DNA of 64,000 nucleotides, from contig JAVHLB010000005.1 of the NCBI GenBank assembly GCA_031082425.1, forward strand, positions 100,927-164,926, read 5' to 3'. Shown one piece after another: positions 1 to 8,968 of this stretch; within the stretch, counting starts at the first letter, position 1, and each line of letters starts with the position of its first letter. The notes under the pieces were generated by a model that made no database searches, was not told the origin of the DNA, and saw only the letters and a list, made by a program, of their open reading frames with translations. The translations under genes were made by a program, and so were the position numbers. The DNA comes from Candidatus Edwardsbacteria bacterium (GTDB taxonomy: Bacteria > Edwardsbacteria > AC1 > EtOH8).

Positions 1-21
1 TCAGGCCGGGGAAGTAATTCC

Positions 22-127
22 GTCACCCTGAGTTCGGCAACCATCCGGCAAGCCGAACGGGGACCCTTTGTCATCCCACAACTCAGGATATGACAAGTAA
101 TTCGTTCTCTGCGTCTCTGCGGTAAAA
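22..127. repeat. composite of intergenic hairpin repeats (GTCACCCTGAG-type x2, TCTCTGCG-type)
   Basis: Units: 22-64 (GTCACCCTGAG...CCGAACGGGGAC), 70-94 (GTCATCC...CAGGATATGAC) and 105-127 (TTCTCTGCGTCTCTGCGGTAAAA). Confidence 0.6.
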
Positions 128-172
128 AACCCTTTCGGTATTTTCGTGTATTTCGCGGGCAAGTAAACCTCT

Positions 173-802
173 TTATGCCATCAGTATTCCCTCCGGCATG
201 TCGGCCTTGGCGATCCGCCCCTTGATATACAAACTGCGGTAGATCCATACCCGGAAGAAAGCGTCCAGCTGCTCCTCGGCCCGGCTCCCCTCTATCACCC
301 CCAGGGCCCGGATGATGGCCTCGAAAGTGCATAACTTAAAGGGATCCTCTTGGGCGCGGATCCGGTATCTGGCCCGGATGCCGGCCGGGAGATGCACCTT
401 GACGGCCGTTTGCATCAGCGGTTCGCGCTTGACCATGCTGGAGGCCTGGTTCCAGCTGCCGTCCGGGATCAGCAGGCGAAGGGGATGCGCTGCTGGGGAC
501 AGGAACTTCTCATTCAGCTCCATCGAGCCATGGCCGGGGAAAAGCACCAGGTCGGTCTCATATTTTTTGTCGGGGGCGGCTTCCACCGGCTTGTCCTTTA
601 AACCCCGGACATGCACTGCGCTGTTTTGGAGGGCCAGCTTGACCAGCCTTCCGCTGTTGCTCATCTTGCGGATATCGGCATAATGGATCACCACCTCCAC
701 CCTGGTTTTCAGGTCCAGCCGGGGGGAAAGGTGGCAGACGCACAACTCAAGGTGCATCCGGCAGTCCGGACAGCGCAATCTCTGATCCAGTTTCTGTCTC
801 AT
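173..802 (-). CDS. DTW-domain protein (tRNA-uridine aminocarboxypropyltransferase family)
   Basis: 209-aa ORF with an N-terminal Cys cluster (CPDC...CVC) and the family-defining D-x-x-W motif (IPDGSWNQA). Confidence 0.75.
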   Translation of the reverse strand: MRQKLDQRLRCPDCRMHLELCVCHLSPRLDLKTRVEVVIHYADIRKMSNSGRLVKLALQNSAVHVRGLKDKPVEAAPDKKYETDLVLFPGHGSMELNEKFLSPAAHPLRLLIPDGSWNQASSMVKREPLMQTAVKVHLPAGIRARYRIRAQEDPFKLCTFEAIIRALGVIEGSRAEEQLDAFFRVWIYRSLYIKGRIAKADMPEGILMA

Positions 803-820
803 CGTCCGGATATTTCCTTT

Positions 821-1219
821 TCAGCAGGGATCATGGGTGAGATGCTGATTGATCATCGCCAATTTGAAGTTTCGGTCGATGATCTTCCCCCGGTCGAATA
901 TCTCCAGCATCACTCCGCCCTCTTCCAGGGTCATGGTCTGGCAGCAGCCGAAGATGGTGGGCGACCGGAAGATCCTCTGTTTTTTGAGGTCCAGCATCAG
1001 AAGGTAGAACCCGGGAATGTTGTACCCCGGATCCCAGCGCACCAGGATCAGCCGCTGTTTTGCGGGGTCGTAGGCGCAGCGGTCCTGAAAATCCCCCTGA
1101 TTCAGGTAGGGATGATCGAAACCTTCCACCCGGACCTTGCCCACGTTGTAGGGCGAGCCCATCCGGATCTCGCTCATGCCCGAGAATTTCACCGGGGCTT
1201 TGTTTTTCAGGTTAGGCAA
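821..1219 (-). CDS. hypothetical protein (132 aa)
   Basis: ORF with host-like composition. It overlaps the upstream gene end by 13 nt (1207-1219). No motif recognised. Confidence 0.45.
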   Translation of the reverse strand: MPNLKNKAPVKFSGMSEIRMGSPYNVGKVRVEGFDHPYLNQGDFQDRCAYDPAKQRLILVRWDPGYNIPGFYLLMLDLKKQRIFRSPTIFGCCQTMTLEEGGVMLEIFDRGKIIDRNFKLAMINQHLTHDPC

Positions 1220-1653
1220 TGAGATTGTGTCTCCTTCTCTGATTTGGTTTCAGTTATATTGCGCACCCATATCCAATGCATGATGAATACCAGCAGTGAT
1301 ATTATCATCATTAGGAGCCTTTTGATAAAATATCGCTTCGCCTGATATGTCAGTCTATCCATCTCCGAGGTTTTCTCGCTGTCGTACATTATCCTTAGCG
1401 CTTGATCATCGGGCGTTTGAACCTTCTCGATAATTTCTTTCTCTACTGCCTCGGCTTTCTTCTGGCTGGCAAGCTGTTTATATTTAAAACTTTCAAATGA
1501 TGTGTATTTGAGGGATAGCCTTGAAGAGATTGCCGAATCACTTTGATCCATTACCGATACCACAAATGCCGGAATGGAGACGATCGAGAAAATGAGAGCT
1601 ATAAGACATACGGTATATCCGTATATCTGGCTGAACAAGTGCTGTTTAGACAT
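1207..1653 (-). CDS. hypothetical membrane protein (148 aa, two hydrophobic helices)
   Basis: Hydrophobic segments CLIALIFSIVSIPAFVVSV and LLMMIISLLVFIMHWIWV flank a charged K/E-rich middle. The gene is visibly AT-rich compared with its neighbours. Confidence 0.5.
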   Translation of the reverse strand: MSKQHLFSQIYGYTVCLIALIFSIVSIPAFVVSVMDQSDSAISSRLSLKYTSFESFKYKQLASQKKAEAVEKEIIEKVQTPDDQALRIMYDSEKTSEMDRLTYQAKRYFIKRLLMMIISLLVFIMHWIWVRNITETKSEKETQSHCLT

Positions 1654-1720
1654 GGACCTGCTCCTTTTTTGTTGATATATCTTGGTTTAAATATCTCTTG
1701 GGCGATAAACCCTATCTTTT

Positions 1721-4168
1721 CTATCTGGCCGGGGCATTCTTGACATAACGGTCGAACCAGTCCAGCATTTCATACAGCACATGCTCCACCGATTCCCGGG
1801 CGATGTAACCGTGGTTCTCATAGGGCAGCATCACCAGCCGGGCGGTGCCGCCCGCCCCCCGGACGGCGTCATAAAGCTTTTCCGACTGCAGGGGCACCGT
1901 TCCGGGGTTGGCGTCCATTTCTCCGTGGATGATCAGCAGCGGCTCGTTGATCTTGTCGGCCTGGAGCACCGGGGAATTCTTGATGTAGGTATCCCTGGCC
2001 TGCCACAGCGTCCTCTTTTCGTTCTGATAGCCGAAGGGCCGCAGGGTGTGGTTATAGGCCCCGCTGCGGGCGATGCCGGCCCGAAAGATGTCGGTATAGG
2101 CCAGCAGATCTGCGGTCATCAGGGCGCCGTGGCTGTGCCCGGCCACCCCCACTCTGTTTGGATCTGTCACGCCCATCTCCACGGCCTTGTCCACCGCCGC
2201 TTTGGCATTGGCCGCTATCTGTTCGACAAAACCATCATAGGCGGTGCCGGGCGGGCCGACCACCGGCATCGAGGCGTCATCCAGCACGGCATAGCCGTTA
2301 AGCAGGAAGAACAGCTCCGAGGTCCCCCGGATGGTGGTGTACCTTTGGGAGCTTCCCTCCAGCTGCCCGGCCACCTCTTTTTGGGCCAGGTCGCTGGGAT
2401 AGGCCCACAACAGGGTGGGCAGGCGGATCCCCTTTTTATACCCCGGCGGCAGGTACAGGGTGAATGACAGTTGCAGTCCGTCATCCCGCTGATAGGTGAC
2501 GATCTGCTTCTTTATTTTGCGCAATACCGGGGCCGGGTCGGGAAATTTTGTTATGGGTTTTGAAGAAGATATCCAGGAAGCTTCGCCCGGGGTATATTTA
2601 CCCAGGGGCTTTTTATCCAGTCTTCGCTTAAAATAATTGGGCGGGTCGGTGGGGGACTCCCGCCGGGTGATGAAGGTTCCTTTTTCGGGATCGATCCAGG
2701 CGTAATAGGTCTCGTAGCAGTCCTGGTCGGACCGAAAAAGCCTTTCCGTTTCAAGGGTATTCAGATCCATCCGGTCCAGGAACGGCCGGTCTCCCTCGGG
2801 AGAGCTACCCGGTCCGTTCAGGTATATCCGATTCCCCTGCCGCCTGATGACATTGACGCCGTTGGGCATTATCTTCATCACCGGATCGCCGGGTTTTTGA
2901 TATCTTTCATGGATGCTCATGTTCCACACCAGAAGCGGGGCCTGGGCGGCATCATCGGCATCATGCAGATACACCTTGACCCATTTGCGGTCCCGGTCGT
3001 ATCCCCAGACCAATACTTTCCCGCTTTGCTGTATCCAGCGCATCTTGTAATAGCGATTTTCTGTTCGGCATAATTCCTCGGGAGGCCGGCCGATGGTTTT
3101 TTGCATCAGGCGGTCGCGATGGGGCACCTTTTTATCGGGATCACCCCCGTCCAAGGCCTCGGCCCAGATCACCGTGGCGTCGGCGGTGGGCCGCCAGGCA
3201 TGCTCGCGGGGTCCGGTGATCTCTCCGTCGATGGGCACCTGCTCGGCCAGCGGCTGGCTGGCCAGGTGTTCTATCATTTTCCCCTCGGCTGACCACACCT
3301 CCACCTCGCGGGGAAAGCGTTCGTAGGAACGCTGGTAGGAATACGGCCGGTGGATCCAATTCACCAACAGGTAACGACCGTCCGGCGACGGTTCAACCTG
3401 ATCATAGATCGCCGGTCTGCCGATAAATTCAACCTTGCCCGAAGGCAGTCGGACCAGGACCAATTGCGAGGTGGCGTAATGATCGAAAAGATCGGCGTCT
3501 CCCGGAGTTTTCAGCACGTCCCTGGCTTCGTAGGTGCTGCTGGCTGTTGCCGAACCGGAACTTTCCAAGATCCTGGGGCCCGGAGGCACTGCCTCAGTCT
3601 TAGGCGGCAAGCCTCTGTTCGCCGGAATGGTCTTGACCAACAGGCTCTGCTGGTCCGGCATCCATTTGAAGTAATTATCCAGCAATGGATTTATTTTAAT
3701 ACCTTCGATTTTTCGTGCTTTTCCAGCGACGGCATCCAGCATCCACAGCTCCACCCCGCTGTCGCTTTCGTTGATAAAAGAAACCAGGTTGCCTGTGGCA
3801 TTCCATTTGATGCCGTCTATCCGCTTGACCTCAGGCGGCAGAATTACGGGTGTCTCTTTCCCGGTAGCAATATCCTTTAGGGTCAGACTCACCCAATAAA
3901 AAATATAACTCCGCTCCATGTTGGTGCGGGGGTTCACCCGGACCCCGGCCAGGGGAAGCATCGGTTCGGCCAGGTCGGAGATGGAAGGATAAAGCGACGG
4001 CCGGGCCAGCAGCATCATCTGGGCCGTGGGGTCTATGAACACGGTCGGCGAGAGCGGCGCGTTGAGAACGTCCAGCACCGCCTGGGGCGGTTTTTGGTAG
4101 GTCTGCTGACAAAAGGCCTGGTGCAAATTGAGAAGGTGGATTAAGAGAAAAAGGAATGATTTTTTCAT
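1721..4168 (-). CDS. secreted S9-family serine peptidase (prolyl oligopeptidase / glutamyl endopeptidase-like)
   Basis: 815 aa with an N-terminal signal-like peptide. A long beta-propeller-like N-terminal region precedes a C-terminal alpha/beta hydrolase domain with nucleophile elbow GHSHGA, IIHGEMD and a late ENHGY His. Confidence 0.85.
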   Translation of the reverse strand: MKKSFLFLLIHLLNLHQAFCQQTYQKPPQAVLDVLNAPLSPTVFIDPTAQMMLLARPSLYPSISDLAEPMLPLAGVRVNPRTNMERSYIFYWVSLTLKDIATGKETPVILPPEVKRIDGIKWNATGNLVSFINESDSGVELWMLDAVAGKARKIEGIKINPLLDNYFKWMPDQQSLLVKTIPANRGLPPKTEAVPPGPRILESSGSATASSTYEARDVLKTPGDADLFDHYATSQLVLVRLPSGKVEFIGRPAIYDQVEPSPDGRYLLVNWIHRPYSYQRSYERFPREVEVWSAEGKMIEHLASQPLAEQVPIDGEITGPREHAWRPTADATVIWAEALDGGDPDKKVPHRDRLMQKTIGRPPEELCRTENRYYKMRWIQQSGKVLVWGYDRDRKWVKVYLHDADDAAQAPLLVWNMSIHERYQKPGDPVMKIMPNGVNVIRRQGNRIYLNGPGSSPEGDRPFLDRMDLNTLETERLFRSDQDCYETYYAWIDPEKGTFITRRESPTDPPNYFKRRLDKKPLGKYTPGEASWISSSKPITKFPDPAPVLRKIKKQIVTYQRDDGLQLSFTLYLPPGYKKGIRLPTLLWAYPSDLAQKEVAGQLEGSSQRYTTIRGTSELFFLLNGYAVLDDASMPVVGPPGTAYDGFVEQIAANAKAAVDKAVEMGVTDPNRVGVAGHSHGALMTADLLAYTDIFRAGIARSGAYNHTLRPFGYQNEKRTLWQARDTYIKNSPVLQADKINEPLLIIHGEMDANPGTVPLQSEKLYDAVRGAGGTARLVMLPYENHGYIARESVEHVLYEMLDWFDRYVKNAPAR

Positions 4169-4323
4169 AATGGTTTTATAAATAATATCTAATTTTATTA
4201 CTTTGTTTCATAGCTTGACTTATCACAGGAGACTAAATGTTGTTCTAATTTAGTAATGGGCTTTGTTTAGCAACCCAAATAGCATCCTTGTCGTTCAAAC
4301 TCGAAGATTAACTATTTCCTGTA

Positions 4324-6045
4324 TTATTCCTCAGTTAATTTCTGATCAATATAACCATGTGCCGGTTTTAATACAATTAATTTTATTAATTCAATAATAC
4401 CTTGCGATATGCTACTGTTTGGCAACTCTTTGCTTAATATGATAGACCACTCAGGTTTATGTTTTTTCATTATCTCATAACATAGTTTCAAATCATTATT
4501 ACCCCCACTCCCTTTTTTCTTTTCTTTATAACGATCAGGCAGGTATTTTTTAAATATAGATTTGATTATAGGCGCATTCGCTTTATTTAAAATAATTTTT
4601 TCGATATCCGTTGGGACACTTATTATCTTAAAGTGTTCATAAAGTACTTTCCGTATGTCATTATTCATGGGAATACTAGCCAGTTGCATCTTTGTTAAAT
4701 ATTTATATTTTATCGGATGTTTTTTATTTAATTTTAATGCATCTATGGTTCTCATAAAATCTTTTGGCCATTTGTCATCGTCACCAACAATCATCCAATC
4801 AATATTAAATGCATCTAATAAAGATATTGGACCGTGGAAATTACCACCAGTAACCTCAATAACTTGAATGTCATTCTGATCAAAGGATAACGTGATTTTA
4901 TTCTTATTAACTTTGGAAATTATTTTGTTAGATAAATTGGATAATATACGAGAATCGCTGATACCTTCAACGATTATAACACGTTTTGCAAAAAGGCACT
5001 CAGCATTTTTATTATAAATATATTTATAAAAATCATAAACATCCTTCTTCGTGATTTTTGGTTTAGATATTTTAGTATAGCCGTTTTTCTGAAATACGCG
5101 ATAAATATTCATCGGTTCTATAACGTCAACAACATTACAGCTGTGGGTTGTTAATATAATTTGTTTCTGCGTTGAAAGAGACAATAAAGACTGAATAAAT
5201 GGTCTTAAGTATGAAGGATGTAAATGAGATTCAGGTTCTTCAATCACGATGATGCTAGGTGAGTGATATTTAAATAATCCCAAAAATATATATGCAGCAA
5301 TATTTTTTATACCATGACCTTTTGATTGTAAATGGTGTACGGGATCCCCTTGGTTTATATATAACTTTACAAATGACATTAGTTTTTTCGCATCAATATC
5401 TAGCTTAAAACTAATATCTTTCTTTGATAACGAAAAATTATCAAGAAAACGCTGTTTTATAGGGCCGTAAAGACCGTCTATTTTTGCATTAAGATTTTTT
5501 AAGGCTGCTTCTGTTTTATCATTTATTTGTTTTTCTTGATAATCGCTAAATTTATTTTTTATCACATATCCGACTATACTTTCTAAATTATTATAATCAA
5601 TATGTTCATCATTTGCTAAATCAATAAATATAAAATGCTTTCTAAACAAACCTTGCAAATAATACAATTGGTTTTGTTTCAATAATGTACGGTTCTTTCC
5701 CCGTATGTAGTAATACTTTGCTGCTTCGTTAGTTTTATGCTTGCGTTCGATAGTCATTAGATCATTATTCACGAGAAACAATAAATTATATTTTGATATA
5801 TCTCTTTTATCCAATTTGCCAGAAATTTGTATTATGGCACGTAAAAGAATAGTATTGGATTGAATTTTTGCATGTGCATCATTTAAATCTGTTTGTGTTT
5901 TCGTATTAAAAAATAATTTTACCGCACTTAGAATATTTGTTTTTCCAGCATTATTAGGACCAACTAAAGCACTTATGTTATTACATTGTAGCGTTTGCTT
6001 TGATAAAGAGCGATAGTTGCCAATATAAAACTCGACTAATCGCAT
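4324..6045 (-). CDS. OLD-family ATP-dependent nuclease (ABC-type ATPase + Toprim), standalone
   Basis: 573 aa. Motifs: Walker A GPNNAGKT, Walker B/D-loop IIVIEEPESHLHP, H-loop LTTHS, Toprim Glu (VIIVEGISD) and DxD (MIVGDDDKW). The gene is strongly AT-rich against GC-rich flanks. Confidence 0.85.
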   Translation of the reverse strand: MRLVEFYIGNYRSLSKQTLQCNNISALVGPNNAGKTNILSAVKLFFNTKTQTDLNDAHAKIQSNTILLRAIIQISGKLDKRDISKYNLLFLVNNDLMTIERKHKTNEAAKYYYIRGKNRTLLKQNQLYYLQGLFRKHFIFIDLANDEHIDYNNLESIVGYVIKNKFSDYQEKQINDKTEAALKNLNAKIDGLYGPIKQRFLDNFSLSKKDISFKLDIDAKKLMSFVKLYINQGDPVHHLQSKGHGIKNIAAYIFLGLFKYHSPSIIVIEEPESHLHPSYLRPFIQSLLSLSTQKQIILTTHSCNVVDVIEPMNIYRVFQKNGYTKISKPKITKKDVYDFYKYIYNKNAECLFAKRVIIVEGISDSRILSNLSNKIISKVNKNKITLSFDQNDIQVIEVTGGNFHGPISLLDAFNIDWMIVGDDDKWPKDFMRTIDALKLNKKHPIKYKYLTKMQLASIPMNNDIRKVLYEHFKIISVPTDIEKIILNKANAPIIKSIFKKYLPDRYKEKKKGSGGNNDLKLCYEIMKKHKPEWSIILSKELPNSSISQGIIELIKLIVLKPAHGYIDQKLTEE

Positions 6046-6121
6046 TTTATTCCCTTCTTAACGCTGTTACTGTTATTTAACTGCTACGACATTACTTGCT
6101 AAATACTAGCAAATATAAATC

Positions 6122-6152
6122 ATTATACACCCTCTTACCCGATATATGTCAA
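6122..6152 (-). promoter_or_regulatory. possible promoter TTGACA-N19-TATAAT upstream of the OLD nuclease gene
   Basis: The minus strand reads TTGACAtatatcgggtaagagggtgTATAAT. The spacer is long (19 nt). It sits immediately after a terminator-like hairpin. Confidence 0.4.
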
Positions 6153-6187
6153 GGATAAAATAAGAAAGGCGGCTGTTAAGCCGCCTT
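6153..6187 (-). terminator. intrinsic terminator-like hairpin at the GC-rich / AT-rich boundary upstream of the OLD gene
   Basis: 8-bp stem AAGGCGGC/GCCGCCTT. On the minus strand it is followed by TCTTATTTTATCC. Confidence 0.5.
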
Positions 6188-6188
6188 C

Positions 6189-6510
6189 TTGACCTCTCCC
6201 TGCCCTTCCCAATGTGGGGAGGTGTTGGGTCAAAACCGGGACACCCCTCCTATCCTCCCCTTATTAGGGGAGATGCGGGTTGGGCAGGCAAGAAAAACCC
6301 CTTCCCACATTGGGAAGGGGTAGCGGTTAGATCGGAAACGGTTAACCAAATCAGTTAAATCCGCGTTAATCAGCGTCCCGTTAAGCCCTGGATTCCTGTC
6401 TTCACGGGAATGACACCATAGATTGCTTCGTTTGCCAGTTAGCAATGACTCCTCGCAATGACTAGCCCTTTTGAAAAACCTTTGTGTCCTTTGTGCGCTT
6501 TGTGGTTAAA
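6189..6510. repeat. composite array of at least four hairpin-repeat families
   Basis: GACCTCTCCCTGCCC... at 6191 is identical over 16 nt to 39231-39246. Hairpins lie at 6260-6277 and 6298-6320. A-unit CTGGATTCCTGTCTTCACGGGAATGACA is at 6388-6415, B-unit GATTGCTTCG...CTCGCAATGAC at 6421-6462, and C-unit TTTGTGTCCTTTGTGCGCTTTGTGGTTAAA at 6481-6510. Confidence 0.7.
6293..6320 (-). terminator. intrinsic terminator-like hairpin downstream of topA
   Basis: Perfect 10-bp stem CCCCTTCCCA/TGGGAAGGGG with a 3-nt loop. On the minus strand it is followed by TTTTTCTTG. Confidence 0.55.
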
Positions 6511-8748
6511 TTATTTTTTCTCCGCCTTGACCTCCGGCTCCCACTTGCACTTGGGGCAGGCCGGGAAGGCCCCCCGCTGCTTGGTGTATTTCTCCACCAG
6601 ATGCCCGAACCCGCAGTTCTCGCACTTCTGCGGCAGGGGCTTGTTCCACACCGCATACTTGCAGTCGGGGTACTTGCTGCAGGAGAAGAAGGCCTTCCCC
6701 CGTTTGGTCTTGCGCTCGGTCAGCTGGCCGTCGCAGCCCGGCTCGGGGCACGGCACCCCGGTGGAGATGGGCTTGATGGACTTGCACTGGGGATAGTTGG
6801 AGCAGGCCAGGAACTTCCCGAAGCGCCCCCGCTTGAGCACCATCGGCCCGCCGCATTTGTCGCATAACACGCCTTCCGCCGCCTTCTGCTGTTCCTCCTC
6901 CTCCTCCAAGGGCTTGGTGGTCTTGCATTCCGGATAGTTGGAACAGGCGTAGAACCGCCCGAAACGTCCCCATTTGATGACCATCGGGCTCTGGCAGTTG
7001 GGGCATTTGATGTCGGTCTGTTCCACCAGCGATTGTTTGATGGCCTCCTTGGAGGATTCGGCCGAGGTCAGGTCGCGGGAGAACGGTTCGTAAAAATCCT
7101 TCAGCACCTGGATGCGGTCCAGCTTGCCCTGCTCGATCTTGTCCAGCTCGTTCTCCATGTCGGCGGTGAACTGCACCTGGAAGATGTGGGGGAATTTCTC
7201 CACCAGGATCTTGCTGACCACCTGCCCCAGCTCGGTGGGCTTGAGCTGTTTCTGCTCCCGGTCCACGTATTTGCGGTCCAGCAGGGTGCTGATGATGGAG
7301 GCATAGGTGGAGGGCCGCCCGATGCCCTGGGCCTCCAGGGTCTTGATCAGGCTGGCCTCGTTGTAGCGGGCCGGGGGCTCGGTGAAATGCTGTTTGGGCA
7401 ATAATTCCAGCAAATTTAAAGCCTCTCCCGCGGTCAGCTCCGGCAGCATCTTGGAGTCGGCGTATTCTCCGGAGTCGTCCTCCTGCACCCCGTAAGCAGC
7501 CAGGAATCCCGGGAATTTCAAGGTGGACCCGGTGGCCCGGAAAAGATATTTGCCGGCGGTGATGTCCACCGCCTTGGTGGAATAGACCGCCGGGGTCATC
7601 TGGCAGGCGATGAAGCGGCTCCAGATCAGGCCGTATAATTTGAACTGGTCCAGGCTCAGAAAATTCTTGACCGCCTCCGGGGTCCTTCCGGCCATGGTGG
7701 GACGGATGGCCTCGTGGCCCTCCTGGGCCCCTTTGCGCGATTTGTAATGGTTGGCCTCGGCCGGCAGGTATTCGGCCCCGTATTTCCGGGCAATGAATTC
7801 CCGGGCCGCGCTTACGGCCTCCGGCGCCAGGCGGACGGCATCGGTGCGCATGTAGGTGATCAGACCCACCGCGCCTTCCTCCCCGATCTCGACACCCTCG
7901 TAAAGTTGCTGGGCCAGCATCATGGTCTTCTTGGCGCTGTAGCCGTAGGCCCGGGCGGCGGCCTGCTGCAGGGTGCTGGTGATGAACGGCGGATAGGTGG
8001 AACGCTTGCGGTCCTTCTCGTCGATGCTGGTGATGGAGAACTGGGATTTATTCAGCTCTTTGACAATGGCCTGGGAGGTCTTCCCGTCCTTGATGGCCGC
8101 CTTCTTGCCGTCTATCTTTAAAAGCGAAGCTTCGAAGGGCGATTTTGATTTTCCCTCCAGCCGGGCGGCCAGCGACCAGTATTCCTGGGGTTTGAAAGCG
8201 TTGATCTCATCCTCGCGCTCGCAGATCAGGCGCAAAGCCACGGTCTGCACCCGGCCGGCCGAAAGTCCGCGCCGCACGGTGGTCCACAAAAACGGGCTGA
8301 CCTGGTAGCCCACCAGCCGGTCCAGGATACGCCGGGCCTGCTGGGCCTCCACCCGGTTCATGTCGATCTTGCCGGGATGGGAAATGCCCTTGGTGATGCT
8401 GTCCTTGGTGATCTCGTAGAACATCACCCGGTGGACCTTTTTCTTGGCGTCCTTGACCTGCCCGGAGATGTGCCAGGCGATGGCCTCCCCCTCGCGATCG
8501 GGGTCGCAGGCCAGGTAGACCTTTTCGGCGGCGTTGGCGCTTTTCTTGATCTGTGACAGGGTCTTGGTCTTGCCCTTGATGGTCACATACTGGGGCTTGA
8601 AGTCGTCCTTGATGTCCACCCCCAGCTTGCTGGCCGGCAGGTCTATCACATGGCCCATGGACGACAGGACCTCAAAATCCTTGCCCAGGTATTTTTTGAT
8701 GGTCTTGGCCTTGGCCGGAGATTCCACAACTACCAGGTTCTTTGACAT
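6511..8748 (-). CDS. topA: DNA topoisomerase I
   Basis: 745 aa. N-terminal Toprim (LVVVESPAKAKTI), a type IA core, and four C-terminal CxxC...CxxC zinc ribbons. Confidence 0.95.
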   Translation of the reverse strand: MSKNLVVVESPAKAKTIKKYLGKDFEVLSSMGHVIDLPASKLGVDIKDDFKPQYVTIKGKTKTLSQIKKSANAAEKVYLACDPDREGEAIAWHISGQVKDAKKKVHRVMFYEITKDSITKGISHPGKIDMNRVEAQQARRILDRLVGYQVSPFLWTTVRRGLSAGRVQTVALRLICEREDEINAFKPQEYWSLAARLEGKSKSPFEASLLKIDGKKAAIKDGKTSQAIVKELNKSQFSITSIDEKDRKRSTYPPFITSTLQQAAARAYGYSAKKTMMLAQQLYEGVEIGEEGAVGLITYMRTDAVRLAPEAVSAAREFIARKYGAEYLPAEANHYKSRKGAQEGHEAIRPTMAGRTPEAVKNFLSLDQFKLYGLIWSRFIACQMTPAVYSTKAVDITAGKYLFRATGSTLKFPGFLAAYGVQEDDSGEYADSKMLPELTAGEALNLLELLPKQHFTEPPARYNEASLIKTLEAQGIGRPSTYASIISTLLDRKYVDREQKQLKPTELGQVVSKILVEKFPHIFQVQFTADMENELDKIEQGKLDRIQVLKDFYEPFSRDLTSAESSKEAIKQSLVEQTDIKCPNCQSPMVIKWGRFGRFYACSNYPECKTTKPLEEEEEQQKAAEGVLCDKCGGPMVLKRGRFGKFLACSNYPQCKSIKPISTGVPCPEPGCDGQLTERKTKRGKAFFSCSKYPDCKYAVWNKPLPQKCENCGFGHLVEKYTKQRGAFPACPKCKWEPEVKAEKK

Positions 8749-8783
8749 TGGATCAGCCTATATTTAAGTTTAAGATTTATTTT

Positions 8784-8932
8784 CACACAGATTACACAAA
8801 TTGGAACAGATTACCACAGACTTAATTAAACCACAGAGACACCAAGACACAAAGTTTTCTTTTAACTCTTCTTGCTTTGTTCACATCTCCCCTAGTAAGG
8901 GGAGAGAAAGAACTTGTCCTGAGGTCATTGCC
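8784..8932. repeat. composite of word-like repeats (CACAGAT-type, inverted C-unit, CTCCCCT hairpin, CCTGAGG-type)
   Basis: 8784-8821 is CACACAGATTACACAAATTGGAACAGATTACCACAGAC. 8831-8856 is the reverse complement of the C-unit seen at 37394-37420. A hairpin TCTCCCCTagtaAGGGGAGA lies at 8887-8906. 8914-8932 is CTTGTCCTGAGGTCATTGC. Confidence 0.6.
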
Positions 8933-8968
8933 AGAACACACCGTGGATATACAATCCGAAACCAAGCA

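Noticed and set aside
4324-6045. The OLD nuclease as part of a Gabija (GajA/GajB), class 2 OLD-helicase, PARIS or retron system.
   Set aside because: There is no UvrD-like helicase, no separate Toprim partner (this protein carries both ATPase and Toprim itself), and no reverse transcriptase or msr/msd-like structure adjacent. The neighbours are an S9 peptidase and topA.
4169-6187. A prophage, integrative element or IS as the vehicle for the AT-rich islets (also 1207-1653 and 12416-14158).
   Set aside because: No integrase, transposase, terminal inverted repeats or flanking direct repeats are recognisable, and no tRNA lies at the boundaries. Only the compositional shift supports foreign origin.
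6230-6445. Short ORFs lying in intergenic regions: 6230-6445, 8801-9304, 36693-36965, 38989-39174, 41093-41365 and 41235-41468.
   Set aside because: They translate the hairpin repeat units themselves, giving recurring peptides such as ...WIPAYAGMT..., ...DCFVAMLRCHTRNDE... and MSFLRRQESR.... The same nucleotide units recur in several gaps, so these are repeat-derived artefacts and not genes.
6506-7006. Alternative-frame minus-strand ORFs inside real genes, for example 6506-7006 within topA, 44950-45561 within the ComB-family gene, and 61258-61791 within recA.
   Set aside because: These are out-of-frame overlaps with strongly supported genes. They have Arg/Gly/Pro-rich translations with no motifs.
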